Below are positions 12,230 through 27,025 of a stretch of 64,000 bases of DNA, in pieces; within the stretch, counting starts at the first letter, position 1; every line of letters begins with the position of its first letter. The notes beneath the pieces were generated by a model, which was not told the origin of the DNA, ran no database searches, and was given only the letters and a program-made list of their open reading frames with translations. Source of the DNA: the human T2T-CHM13v2.0 reference genome, Homo sapiens; assembly GCF_009914755.1 (NCBI RefSeq), contig NC_060925.1; one strand, written 5' to 3'. The position numbers and the translations under genes were made by a program.

Positions 12230-14873
12230 AATGAGGCTCTGATAATAAAATTTCCAGGGAAGATAGTTGTTGGCATGGGATCAGCTACACAGTAATAACG
12301 ACAGAAACTTAAACTCTTTTATTTCTACCAGCCTGGAACATTATCTTTCATCCTAATGTTATATCATGATCACAAGATGACTTGAACAACATCACACTTC
12401 AGTTCCAAGAAGGTGAAGCAAAAAGAGAATTAAAAAGTCCTCTCTTCAGGAGACTTGTGCTTTGCATTCATAAGTAGAATTCTTCTTCAGCAGAGTACTC
12501 TTGTACAGATCATCATTAGCCACAACTGGGTCACATGATCCCTGTAAATCAGTCAATGGCCAAGGGTAATAAAATTACCATGATTCATCACTTGGGCTGG
12601 AACAAGGAAGGATCTGGCCTATATGCAAAAAGGGAATCTTGACCAGATTTCTAAAGCAATTAGGGTTCTATCAGATAAGACGAAGGAGGCGGTACAGTGA
12701 GGAAGATCTTGGGGAGCCCACAGACAGTATCTGCCATGATGGTCATTCAACAAAAGCTACTTTTTCTCTCCCCTTAACTGAAAAAATTAGCAAATATATA
12801 AATAAATCAATCTTGTGCCAGTTTATGAGTCCTGATATTTAGCTCGCAAAAAAATTTTAACCCTAAGTATACTATAGGATCTAGACAATTGGCCTTTAAA
12901 GGTGGCAGATTTTCAAGAAATCAACTTATTAATTTTGATCATGTTTTTTGCCTGGATTCAAAAGAATGGATTTTAATTTAAATATTGGAAAAGATTAATA
13001 GCAACCCATATGCCACTTTCAAAGAATGCTGGTGTTGGCTAAAGGCTTAAATAATAGAACTGTCTGGGACGGTGAGATTTGCCTTGGACCTTTTCCCAGG
13101 ACTGCATTAGTCAGGCGCTGTAAGTGGAGGACAAAAGAGCTGGAGACATAGCTAAGTGTCAAGGACTGCCTCTTCTCATGTGGGAAGGTCTGGATTATAA
13201 AATCGGGACATCATTTCATTACGGGTCTTGCCCAAGCCACGATCTGACTTATGCACACTTCCAGCCTCAAAGCTACCCTAGCACCTCTCCATGTGCACCA
13301 CAGCTTCTTGCCTTCCCTGAGACCCTTACCTAGGATAGATTTCCCTGTTACAAACTGCCTGAGCACCTGGTACTTTCTTCTGTTGCACATACCCACTTGT
13401 AATTAATTGATTGATTACTTGTACAATTACAGTTTACTGTCTCTTCCCCAGTAGAATATAAGCTCCTTGAGGTGCCATATGCTCGGCACTAACAAATGCT
13501 TGATACATGTTAAGCAATCTATAAATGTTTATTTTTAAACATGTATATTTAGAACACATCAATGAAGAAATTTATCTGAAAATCCAAATATACTGACAGA
13601 TTGGGAAGGAGGGAGTGAATTTTCACTTCACAAAATAAGTTCCCAGAGGAATTTTTTAAACATGGACCTTCTTTAGGCATTTAAAATAGGATTTTATTTA
13701 CCAGAATTTGATGCACATTACTTTTCAAGAACACAGACACACACACCTAATTCAAAGCCGTACGCTATAAACACACACTCTAAATTTTTCCTTTCCAGGT
13801 GTAATTCCAAGCCAATTATAAAGAAATGAAAAGAGGGGTGAAAAACCAAGCCTGTTCTAGAATACCAGAACAAAGATCAACAGAATAGCATATCCATAAG
13901 AAAGCTCCAATGTCCCCTAAGGAAATTAGGATAGGAGTGTGTGGCCTTAAAATAATCACCTCCTACCCTTGCTTCTAATTGCAGGTTTGGTTTTGAGGCA
14001 ATTCTGGGCCATGAGTCTGTTCTGTGGAGGACTGGAATAGTCGTTCCTTCTTAAACAAGCCAGGTGGGGTGCTGACTGACTGTGTTAGTATCAGTGTGTG
14101 TGTGTTGAAGGGGAGAGAATTGTGGAATACTAAGACCTGAGTAATGATGATAGTGACAGCTAACAGTCCCTGAGCACTTGTGTGTACCACACATAGTGAT
14201 ATGCACTGTACTAGGATCATTCCTTTTAAACTTTGAACTCCTGTGTGCCACTTACTTCCTTCATAATTTTTGAAAAGTCATTTGATCACTTACCATTCAG
14301 GAACATCTCAACAAATGGTCTCACTCATTACTACATCACAAAATATTTTGAGGCTCAAAGGAGATGATGGATATGAATGTTCTTTCTCACCTGTAAAACC
14401 CTACAGAAATATTATATTTAACAGAGCTTTAAATTTACTTATATTTTACATATATAGTTTTATGTATGTATGTTACATATTTATGTATTTTATATGTATA
14501 TTTGCATTTATTTTGTTTCAGCAAACATTAAGTTAGATTTATGCTCAGTATATAACAGTAGTTGAGGAGCCATCTGTCTCATCTGTGTCACCAAGACATG
14601 AGGTTATGAAAAGACGAATTGGATAAAGAAAGTCCAAAGTTGCTTTTTGAAAGATGGGGAGGAGTTAGTTGCCTAAGGAAAGTGGAATGAGGGAGTCAAA
14701 TTACAGCAGGTAGAGGCAAGAGAATGAGCAAAACTGTAACAGCATCCAACAGTATGGTTTTTACTGGGGAGCAAAAAGCAGTTCAGTATTGGTAAATATA
14801 GGACATGTCAGGTAGGGTCAAACAATGAGGCTAGAAAATTAGACAAAGGCCAGGTTATGTTGAGTGTTCTGTG

Positions 14874-15242
14874 CGGCTATGGTCTGAATATTTATTTCCC
14901 TGCAAAATTCACATGTTAAAATATTAACTCCAAAGTGATGGTATTAGAAGGTAGAGAGCCTTTGAGAGGAGATTGGGTCATGAGGGCAGAACCTTCATAA
15001 ATGAGATTAGTGCCCCCATACAAGAGTCCTGAATGAGACCTCTCGCCCCTTCTGCCATGTGAGGACACAGTGAGAAGGCACTGTCTATGAACAAGGAAGT
15101 AGGCTGTCATCAGACACTGAGCCTGTTGGCAGCTTAATTTTGGACTTCTCAGCTTCTAGGATTGTGAGATATAAATTTCTGTTGTTTATAAACTACACAG
15201 TTTATGGTACTTTTGTTATAGCAGCCCAACAGACTTAGATGC
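14874..15242 (+). mobile_element. MLT1A0-like solo LTR within L2 sequence
   Basis: gctatggtctgaat...aaattcacatgtt...gttatagcagcccaacagacttag. Confidence 0.8.
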
Positions 15243-15607
15243 ATGCCCTACTACAGGCAGCATGTTTTTGATCTGTATTTATAGGTGATGGAAAACAAAT
15301 GAACAGGGAGATGACATGTTCATATTTATATTTTATTAGGGTCAATCTGGAGGCAGCATGAAAGATAAATTTGGGAAGAGCCAGACTGGAGAAGGAAAGT
15401 TAAGAGACTAATATGGTAATTGCAGCCTGATGACCAGATCTCAACTAGGATAATGGTAGGAGGGATGAAGAGGCAGGAATGGATTTCTTACATATACGTA
15501 TATGGAAGGAGAGGTTCATATTGGCATGATCTGGTTACTCATTAAATACAGCAATAGAAAAGGAAAAAAGCAAGTCTAAGGTGAATCCAAGATCAATAAA
15601 TACTTTT

Positions 15608-15705
15608 CTGGATGGATGATGGATAGATACATGGTTGGATGGAAGGATGGATGGATGGATGGATGGATGTTGAATGGTTGGATGAATGGATGGATGGGTA
15701 GATGA
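15608..15705. repeat. Degenerate (GGAT)n tetranucleotide repeat
   Basis: ggatggatggatggatggatg with variants. Confidence 0.85.
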
Positions 15706-18700
15706 ATATTTTGTGTATGTAAATGCTGAAAGAATTAGGTTTGGTTCTGGATCGCATAAGGTACCAGATATTTCATTTGGTTTTTACTCCTATAAGTCTG
15801 ATTACTCAGTGAAATTACTCAGTCACTCAAATACCAAAATCTCATGAATCTTGCCATGTACCAGTTATAGTACTAGGCTATGCTGGGATATTATTCAAAA
15901 GTGAATAATGCTGACCCCATCCTTTAAGAAGTTTTCACTCTTGGTAGGGGCACATGACTTAAAGGTAGTCGTCTAAGGTGGTCTGGGAGTAAATGAGAGG
16001 TCCATATTAGTGGTTTAAGTCCTCAGATGTGAGAGATGGGATAGGGTAGCCTGGATGGCTTCCTGTGGCATTTGCAATTTTAGTTGGGAAAAAGAAACAC
16101 AGATTGAAGGGGTAGGGAAGGAATTTGTGGCAGGGAGACTGGAAGGTGTTGAGCTGAGGGCATTGGCAGAGCTGGGATTGAGAACTGTAAGCAGGCTAGT
16201 GTGTTTGGAAATGCTGTCGCTCTTGTCTGGTCACATATGGAACATGCTAAGTGATCCAGCTTTTGCATGGACCTCTTTGATTTATCATAGCAGATCTCTT
16301 TAGGGACCCTTGTGACCTTCTAAATGTTTTAGCTGTCAAATTATTCCTCTGTCCTAGTTGAACACTGAACTCCAATATATAAAATAAATAAAAGGAGAAC
16401 TGAACTTATCACAATGGAGGGGAGGAGCTAGCCCCTGTTCATCCCACCACCTCAGAGATAAGGCACCTCACCCAAGATAGTTATGAGGAAATTTTAGCCT
16501 TCTAAAGACCTCACAGTTTGGAAACCATTGGTTTAGTCCAGTTCTTTCGTTTTACAGATAGTAAAACAGGGACACAGAGAGGTTATGAGACTTTCTCAAA
16601 GCCACATACACAAATATCCTCTCACTCAGCAGAGTTAAGCTATAAATAGGACTCATGTTTCCTGGAACAAGTCTAAACCAGAACAGTTTCTACATCCTTG
16701 GTTGGAGAGAGCATCTTATTAAATCATACGCTGTCCAGTTTTTGACTCTTTTCAGACACTTGCAAGTTGCCCTTGTCCTCGGGATATGCAGAGTCTGCAA
16801 ATGCCCTGCCTGGCTTCTAACTGAGGGTGGTTCAGAAGGCAGCTAGGAAGCTTCCCTTTTGTAAGAAATCACCAGGATAAGGAAGTATTTGCATTCAGCA
16901 GTGGGCACAGTTGTGATGTGCCTTGTACTAGAGCAGCATTAATTTCTCCTGCTCTGTGTTCTAAAGAAAATATTCCCATTTTTGACAGATGTTCTAATTC
17001 AACAATTAGCAGTGACTATGACATGCAGAAATTACCAGTTGCTAAAGCCCCACTTAGCCAAATGGGAGACATAGAGTATTTTTATACTCAGCAGCCTTGG
17101 GCTGTGTAGCTTGAAGCACACACTTGCCCAGCATTTCTCTGGCTTATGTGTTTTACCACTAACTGTAATTTATTTTTAAATATTCTAAAAATGTGCCCAT
17201 CGCAACAGCTTCTGGGTGGTGGGAGGAGAAGAGAAAAGCATAAGATGCTGTATGAAATGGCATCCACTAAAGGGCTCCCTTCCAAGCCCTTGATACCATT
17301 AGATCATGAGAAATGCCAGTAGCTCTTTAGCCAAGGGGCAGCTTTGCTAAGAAGATTCAGCTCCAGCAAATGAGTCATCCCACCCTTGCCACTTAGGGTT
17401 CTTGGTAAAATCAGGAAAGGAGATTTAGTTGGTTTCAATGCTCCCAGCCTCCCTCTGTGTATGTTTTCCTCCTCCTATTAATAATAAAAATATCCTCTTT
17501 CCATTTGTCCACTCCACCCAGGTCATTCCCATACCTCCATTTTTCACCCAAAAATGTCTTCCCTCCAGAAAATTCAATCTTAGTATTTTGAAATAGTTAC
17601 AGTGCCTCAGAGTTGTCAAATTATTGACAGCTATGATCTACACCTTTTTCCATAAAATAAATACACATGTACATATATATACATATATTTAGATCCATAT
17701 CCTCACATACATAAAAATGAGCAGGCACATACAATATAGGTGTACTTATAAAATACGTGCACAATGTACATCCAGGAAAATCATAATAGCTAATTACAGT
17801 GCATGCAAATAGTTTTCTTAATAATTTTAATAATTTTGACCAAATGGTTGTCAAATCTGATTTGAGTGTCAATTTTTAAATTTTGATGTGGTTAATGAAG
17901 GCTTCATACAAGGGATAGGAGGGAGAAGTCTTAGTTGTACCATTTTCTTGTAGTTGAATACTACATAAATTATTTATATGATCTTCACCTGTGCAATTCC
18001 TCAGTGAGTATCATATAAGCCAAACATGTATTCTTGTGAGGATTCCTTTGTTTAATACCAGATAGTCTACTCTGTACACCTACCTTGTGTAAAGGATAAT
18101 TTGTGGCAATATCCCAAAAGCAATCCTCAAGTGCAGGCACCATAGCCTACCTTTCCACCTATGAAGTCCTAATCTCCAGTATGTACTACTTTTAACAACA
18201 CACAGACTCGAGTCAAGAGGCTGGTCTCATTCTATTAGCATTTCTCTTATTCTCTTTTTATTTCTCTTATTATTAGCATCTCTTATTCTATTAGCATTTT
18301 TTCTCTTTAATTCTTTTTGCATTAAAAATTAAAAGTTTTAATATTTATTTCTCATTTTCTAGTTGCTTATCTTGAACATTCCACTTAGGAGGCTGTGAAT
18401 GAGACTTGGTGGGTGGGCCCTTCTGTCCTTTCTAGAGGGAGTAGTCTACACATTTGGATTGACTGAATGGTCTGTGTTGATTGTGAGGCCTTAGAGAGAA
18501 GTTATGTGTAACAGGGCAAATGCTCAGTGGTCCAAACCTGGCTTCTAGGAGATGTGGGTTGCACACAGTCAAATTCAACTTCTTCAAATCTGCATTTGCC
18601 AGTTAGCAATGCAAATTGCCCAGGAAGGTATAGCCAGAATGGCTATGAACAAGCCAGCCAAGGGAATAGCCTGACCTAGCCACAAAAGTGCTAAATTCTA

Positions 18701-18869
18701 AAGGTCAGTGGGGATCTCTTTCTGATTTTGTTACCAGTCTCCTCATAACAGTCTGTGCTCTCTTTCAATCTTTCCCCTCCTCCCCACCCCACCCCCCTCT
18801 CTCTCTCTCTGTGTGATTCTCTCACCACTTTCAGGCAATTAGGTTACTTGCTATTAACATATGAGGCAT

Positions 18870-19350
18870 TCATAGTACTCTCAAACAGAGCATGCCTGGC
18901 TCCCTATATCCGGCTCCTTACCAATTCCTGTGGGTTCCACTCCACAATGCCTCTTACATTGTCTACTTTCCTCTGTCCTCACTGTTAGCATCCTAATTCA
19001 GGCCTCATTATCTCTTGTCTCAACTGGGATAACAGCCCCCTACCAATATACCCACCTCTCATCTTCCTTCACACAAATCTCTCCTCCACGCCACTGACAA
19101 CTCCAAATATACTTCACTTTGCTTGGAAGTTTTCAATGGCTCCTCCACTCCCTGTGGCACTAAGTAATCAGCAAGTTGGATTGACATTCACGTTCATATT
19201 ACATGTGACCAATCTGTTTATTCTGACTTCCTGCACTTCTCTCTCAATTATTTTTTATTTTCTAGACAAACGAATCCTTTTTCTATTCCTTTATCAAATC
19301 TCACATTGTCATCTTGTGCCTTTGTTACTAGTTTCTTCTGCCTGAAATAC
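18870..19350 (+). mobile_element. L2 relic
   Basis: ctaattcaggcctcattatctcttgtctcaactgg...ttcaatggctcctccact. Confidence 0.5.
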
Positions 19351-20963
19351 AATCCCCAACCTTCATGCTTTGATCTATTTATTCATCTGCTAATTCGTAA
19401 GCATCTGCTATGATTTTCAAAATTTCTCACCTATAAAGTGTCTACTTGTCCTTCTATAACCTCTTCCATTAAGTCTTTCTTGCCTTTGCAAAGCAATGCC
19501 ATTTCGATGTCTTCTAAACTTCTTCAGCATCTTAATTTTGCTTTTCTTACATACCGCTTTCTGTTTGTTTGTTTGTTACGTCATACATTTTGGTAAAAAA
19601 CCATTTAAGAAATGTCTAGTTTGTGCTAAGCATTATAATATGCCATGTAGGATTATATTTAATACTTTCAATATCTTTGCTAGACCCATAAGCTTATTCC
19701 CATTTTAAAGATTAGAAAATGAAGCTCAGAAAAATTAAGATACTTGCTCAAGGCCAAATCTGTAAGGTTCAACGGTTAGGAAACACACCAAACTTGTTTT
19801 CTTTCCTGATTACATGATATACTGATTATAATCATCGTTGTACTTTTTCATACCCAATAATACATCACAATGTCCTTGAATACATGACTGAATTAATTGA
19901 GGTCAATTCAATCAAATTGTACCTGAGGGAATTTGCAGAAGGGAAGTCAAAGGGGTGGTCTCAATATGCCTTTAGATTGGCCAGTCACATAGTATGGGCC
20001 TTCCGCAGACCTGTTATAAGACAGCCTGAAATAGTTCAGTCAGGCTCGTTCTACATAGGTTTTAATTTTCTAGCTTTCCAGAAGTCACTGCTGCCTAACT
20101 CCTGGCTGCCGCACAATGTGTTGCAGCTTTAAATATTCTCCATGTTAATGCTGATTACTGAATAAAGTGGCAATTAAGTTTTCATGGCATAATTTCTATG
20201 TTCCTCTGAACAGTACTAATAGTACATTGTGTCTGTCCCTTCCAAGAACCCACCTGTTTTGCAAGGAGATGGCAGCAGGCTGGTGCTGCAGGCTGCTGAG
20301 CAAAGTGCTAGTGTTACTCAGGGATTTGATCACAGCATCAGCAGCCACAGAAGACCTGGGCTACATGAGAGCTAAAATCTGTGCACATTCCTTCACCTCT
20401 GCCCCTCCAGAGGTAAATTTGTCTTAGACTCGAAGAAAACCTCCTCTGTGGCCTTCGCCGCTTTGTATTTCTTGGTACTTGAAAAAGCAAATGGAGCCAT
20501 ATTTTACAGGCAACAGGAAAAACCACAAACCTTCTGTGAAATTGTACCCGTGCCACAAGAAATTTCTCTCTGTCTTGTCTACCTCTTTACATTTGCAGTC
20601 TCAACCTTCATTTTCCCACAGCAGTTCTCAGGCCTTCAACTCGTTTTTTCATCTCTGCTCCTCACGTTGGAGTCAGAGTCTTACTTCAGTCTGATTCTTC
20701 ATTTCCCCAGCCCACTGTCATTCAGGGAGCCATCTTCTGCTCCTCTTTGCTCTGGCTTTGGGTCCCACAGCCAAGTCCAAGTCTCAGTTCCTAGACTCCA
20801 GCCCCAGTTTAGAGTCATGAATATACCTTTCTTGGCAAGCCCTGCTGCCAGATATGCTGGGATCTTAGTAGCAGTCAGGATGGACAGAGCTAAGAATGGG
20901 AAGAGGAAAGACTGGAGCTGGAGGTACTGGCTCAGCTACAGGACTGACTACTAGAAAAAAGGG

Positions 20964-21680
<717 letters not shown>

Positions 21681-21884
21681 GGAGGTCATCAAGTAAAATT
21701 TCACTTCTACAGTGGCCTGGAGAATAGAACCAGTCTCAAGACTAAGATAGTTCTTTCTGGTGCACAGTGCATAGAAATTAAAATCCTAGTTACTGGCAAC
21801 ATGCAACATCAGACTGGTGGTAGCTTTGTTAATGTGAGCGGTTTGCATAATTTGGAGAAGTTTATCCTAGCCAAAGGTGAGTTA

Positions 21885-22090
21885 GGCATAATGGAAAGGG
21901 ATTTAGGCTTTGGAGTTAAAAAGACTTGGTTCCTAATTCCTGAGTATCTATAACTAGCACTGTGATTTTGGCAAGTTAATTAATCTCTGTGGACCTTAGT
22001 CTTCTCATATACAAATAGGAAAAAAAATAATTACCTCATAAGGCTTGTGGTGAGATTTGAAAATGGAAATAACAAATATTTCATGCAAGA
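21885..22090 (+). mobile_element. MIR relic
   Basis: ggctttggagttaaaagacttggttcctaattcctg...tgtgattttggcaagttaattaatctctgtggaccttagt. Confidence 0.6.
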
Positions 22091-23429
22091 CCTAACAATA
22101 AAAGACAGTTATTCGTATGGATGGTGGGGTTGAGAGCCCAGAAAAGATGAGGGGATACAGGCAGATAGTAAATAGTGGCTTGTGTTCAGGGTCTCAGCAG
22201 TGGAAATGAAGTGTGTATCAGGAAACAAGGTCTGAAGACCGGAAATACAGATGGAACACTGTGAATGCAATCCAGGGCAAAACAATGTCAGGGCTCCCTG
22301 ATCCATCTGGCTAAGACAAGACACATTTTAGACCTCACCAGCTGGTAGGTCAGAAGCTGTTAAGGTGCTTGCTCCCTGCCTTGGTCAGGTTTGGTCCAAA
22401 TTGGGCAGGGAGCCCTCAGAGGGCATAGAAGAGCAGGCTGGCTTCTTAGGTCAATAATGAGAGCAGCTGCTTGAGAAGTAACGGGAAAGGCACTGCCAGC
22501 ACTCCTGCCTGCCTCCACCTCTGCCAGGAGCTGAGGCCACCTGGAAGCCAGTCCTGGAAGCCCCAAACTCAGGCTGCAATAGCTCTGTACTTGCTCCTTG
22601 GGCTGGAGGACCTGAGTAGGGCAGGGCTAATTGGTGTTCACAAAACATCTTGGAACAGAGTAATGTCATCCTCTAAGGGGAGAAGCAGATCAGAAGTCAG
22701 GTGCCAAAATGTGTCCACTGACAAGTCCTCAGTGGTCTTTTCTGTTGCTTTTGCTGGTTCTTGGCTAATTTCTCTACATCTGGCCCCCTGAGCGTCTTTA
22801 ACAGCCATGATATATGTATGTGTATGTATGAATGCATGTATGTGTGTGTGCACTTACACATTTATGTAAAAACAAGACAAGAGTGAGTACTGGAAAATCA
22901 AGGGTATAGTAATCAAGTTGCCTAAATATTTCAAAGGTCCCATGATTCTAATCTTTCTTCCCATATTAATAATATAAGCATCCCTACCACAAACTTTAAA
23001 TTCCATGAGAACAGGGAGGATTTTCAGTGTCTGTCTAGCACAGAGTATGCACCTGGGAAATATTAATTGAATGAGTCATCTATATTTTAGGCCCATATGA
23101 GGCTTTCACTGTATTATTTCTAATCTCAGTCACAACCCTACAAAAAAAATCAATCTAATTTAATAAACAACAAAACTGACATTCACAGAAAGTTCATACA
23201 AAATTTGTAAGTGATAGAGTTTGGAAATAGCCTGTACTCTAGTTCTCGTATTATAATGTTTCCAGATTTGAGTTTTGGAAACACGGTTATTCATTACTAG
23301 CCCTAAAGTAGGAGGGAGACTCTCAGGAATTCTGGGGTTAAGTGGGTAAAATAAAATGTCACAGAGGGGAGGAATAAAAATCTGCTGTTTCCAGAATGAC
23401 ATAATTAACATTACTGCTTTTGCCTGATT

Positions 23430-23599
23430 TAGTATTGCCAGATTTAGCAAATAAAAATGCAGGACTCCAGGTACATTCTAATTTCAGATAATGATTTTTT
23501 AGTATATCTTGAACATTTCATGAGACATACTAAAAATTACTGAACATTTATCTAAAATTAAAATGTAACTGAGCATTTTTATTTTATCTGGCATCTCTA
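23430..23599. mobile_element. MER53-like palindromic hAT MITE
   Basis: ttgccagatttagcaaataaaaatgcagga...atttcagataa ... ttatctaaaattaaaatgtaactg...ttttatctggca. Confidence 0.7.
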
Positions 23600-24033
23600 T
23601 TTTGGTTTAAGATATGAGACAATACCTTGGTATTAAGAAATTGGTTAACATTGATGGGGATGGAGTTCTGGCTGAAAAAGTCATCTAGAGGTGGAACAAA
23701 GTTTGTCTGACGTGTATTCTTTCAGTCACTCAACAAACGTTTTTGGGCAATTGTTCCTTGCAAGGCATTGCAAAGAGAGAGAAGTGCCTTGGTCCCAGTT
23801 AATCCTTTTTTGGTACTTGGAGCTCAATAGAAGAGCAAAGTATATTACTTACTGTGATAATAGGCTATGGGAAGTACATGACACATCACTGGCAGAGATT
23901 TAATATTGCCTGGACACAGGAAAAGCTCCTTAGGGAAGCATTTACCCCAGCTAGGCATGACCCAAGTCTCATTTCCTTGCTCCCACTTCACAATCTAAGC
24001 GCCACACTCCTGCCAAAATGATCTTTCAAAATG

Positions 24034-26147
24034 CATAGCCAATATCCTACTGAATGGGCAAAAGCTGGAAGCATTCCCTTTGAGAACCAGCACAAGACAA
24101 GGTTGCCCTCTTTCTCCACTCCTATTTAACATATCATTGAAAGTTCTGACCAGGGCTATCAGGCAAGAGAAAGAAATAAAAGGTATTCAAATAGGAAGAG
24201 AGGAAATCAAATTGTCTCTGTTTGCAGATGACATGATTGTGTATTTAGAAAACTCCATCGTCTCAGCCCAAAAACTCCTTAAGCTGATATGCAATTTTGG
24301 CAAAGTCTCAGGATACAAAATCAATGTGCAAAAATCACAAGCATTCCTATACACCAATAAAAGATAAACAGAGAGCCAAATCATGAGTGAACTCCCATTC
24401 ACAAATGCTAAAAAGAGAATAAAATACCTAGGAATAAAACTTACGAGGGATGTGAAGGACCTCTTCAAGAAGAACTACAAACCACTACTCAAGGAAATAA
24501 GAGAGGACACAAACAAATGGAAAAAAGTTCCGTGCTCGTGGATAGGAAGAATCAATATCATGAACATGGCCATACTGCCCAAAGTAATTTACAGATTCAA
24601 TGTTATTTCCATGAAGCTACCATTGACTTTCTTTGCAAAATTAGAAAAAAACTACTTTAAATTTCATACGGAACCAAGAAAGAGCCCATATAGCCAAGAT
24701 AATCCTAAGCAAAAAGAATAAAGCTGGAGGCATCTTGCTACCTGACTTCAACTATACTAGAAGACTGCAGTAACCAAAACAGCATGGTACTGGTACCAGA
24801 ACTGAACAGAGACCTCAGAAATAACACCACACATCTACAACCATCTGATCTTCAACAAGCCTGACAAAAACAAGCAATGGGGAAAGGATTCCCTATTTAA
24901 TAAATGGTGCAGGGAAAACTAGCTAGCCATATGCAGAAAACAGAAACTGGACCCCTTCCTTACACCTTATACAAAAATTAACTCAAGATGGATTAAAGTC
25001 TTAAACATAAAACCCCAAACCATAAAAACCCTAGAGGAAAACCTAGGCCATACCATTCAGGACATAGCCATGGATAAAGACTTCATGATGAAAACACCAA
25101 AAGCAATTGCAACAAAAGCCAAAATTGACAAATGGGATATAATCAAACTAAGGAGCTTCTGCACAGCAAAAGAAACTATCATCAGAGTGAACAGGCAACC
25201 TAAAGAATAGGAGAAAATTTTTGCAATCTGTCCATCTGACAAAGGTCTAATATCTGAATCTACAAAGAGCTTAAATATACAAGAAAAAAACAAACAGTAC
25301 CATCAAAAAGTGGGTTAAAGATATGAATAGACACTTCTCAAAAGAAGAGATTTATGCAGCCAGCAAACATGTGAAAGAAAGTTCATCATCACTGGTCATT
25401 AGAGAAAAGCAAATCAAAACCACAATGAGATACCATCTCACACCAGTTATAGTAGCAATCATTAAAAAGTCAGGAAATGACAGATGCTAGTGAGGCTGTG
25501 GAGAAATAGGAAAGCTTTTACACTGTTGGTGGGAGTATAAATTAGTTCATTGTCATGGAAGACAGTGTGACAATTCCTCAAGATCTAGAACCAGAAATAC
25601 CATTTGACCCAGCAATCCCATTACTGGGATATATGCCTAAAGGATTATAAATCATTCTACTATAAAAACACATGCACACGTATATTTATTGCAACACTAT
25701 TCACAATAGCAAAGACTTGGAACCAACACAAATGATAGAATGGATAAAGAAAATGTGTCACATATACACCATGTAATACTATGCAGCTATGAAAAAGAAT
25801 GAGTTCATGTCCTGTCCAGGTACATGGACGAAGCTGGAAACGATCATTCTCAGCAAACTAACACAGGAACAGAGAACCAAACACTTCATGTTCTCACTCA
25901 TACGTGGAAGTTGCACAATGAGAACACATGGACACAGAGAGGGGAACGTCACATACTGGGGCCTGTTGGGGGTGGGGGGCAAGGGGAGGGAGAGTATTAA
26001 GACAAATACCTAATGCAAGCAAGACTTAAAACCTAGATGATGGGTTGATAGGTGTAGCAAACCACCATGGTACATGTATACCTATGTAACGAACCTGCAT
26101 GTTCTGCACATGTATCCCAGAACTTAAAGTAAAATTAAAAAAAAAAA
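24034..26147 (+). mobile_element. 5'-truncated L1 (L1PA7/8-like) inserted in an L2
   Basis: ORF2 RT fragments ([23 protein letters not shown]), 3' UTR with G-rich tract, A-tail; multiple stops. Confidence 0.95.
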
Positions 26148-26750
26148 GCAACTCTGTGTACATCCCTGCCCTTGCTTAAAACCCTCTAATGGTCTTACCA
26201 TCTTTTAGTTTAAACACCAAGCCCTTCTGCATGGGATAAAATTATCTATCTAATAGAGACCATATGAACTGCCCAACCTCATCTCCACTCTGTACTGGCT
26301 GTGAAGAAACGTGCTGCAGCTTCAGTCATGCACTCCTTGACCTCATGCTGCCCCTTAAGCTGGTTGTACCCCTGATGTGGCTTTAGCCTCTCCTCACAGT
26401 TGCCTAACTCCAGCTGTCTTTTCTACATTACCACTAGGTATAAAATATCTTCTATGTGGTCAACTCTCTACAAGATACTGAAATCACTTAATCCTCCAGG
26501 ATTCAGAGTCACACCTTCTTGAAGCCTACCCTTCCCTGTCTGTGACCTTGTGGACTCCTCCTGTTAGCTTTCCTTTACTAGAGTAACTGCAACCAGCTGA
26601 GGTCATTGTCAGTTGACTTTTCTGTCTTTACTACAAAGTGAGGTCTTTGAATAGAAAGGTAGTGTATTACCTTTGTCTGTATCTTCACAAACTAACACTG
26701 CACCAGGCATGTGGAAAGGATTCAGACAATTACATAAATGAATAAATATT
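26148..26750 (+). mobile_element. L2 relic continuing from ~23950-24033
   Basis: cttgcttaaaaccctctaatggtctt ... ataaatgaataaat tail. Confidence 0.5.
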
Positions 26751-26789
26751 GTTAAGAAAATTAGAACCCCCCATAATAACATTAGTACT

Positions 26790-27025
26790 AATAACTATTA
26801 TTTACTGAACCAGAAGCTGTGTTAAGTATTTTATATGCATGGCTTTACTTAATACTCTCAGTGACTACCTAAGGTAAAAATTTTTATTACCACCATTTCA
26901 GAAATGAGGAAACAGAGGTTAGAAATGGTAGGTAACTTGCCCAAGCTAGTGATGAGGCTAGCATTTACATTCAAACCTGGGTGAGTCTGACTGTAGAGTC
27001 CACGGTCTTAAACACTAGGCAGTCC
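26790..27025 (-). mobile_element. MIR
   Basis: ccatttcagaaatgaggaaacagaggttagaaatggtaggtaacttgcccaag. Confidence 0.75.

Noticed and set aside
13780-13930. Polypyrimidine-AG acceptor-like sites (also ~1354 and ~27731)
   Set aside because: At 13798 all three frames stop quickly and no paired strong donor was found; a non-coding exon cannot be supported without transcript data.
20167-20954. Overlapping 86-aa and 168-aa ORFs and an ag|gtaaat donor-like site near 20411
   Set aside because: No recognisable domain, non-ATG starts and low-complexity composition; no convincing exon structure from sequence alone.
25960-25992. G-quadruplex-like G-tracts
   Set aside because: Standard feature of the L1 3' UTR, not specific to this locus.
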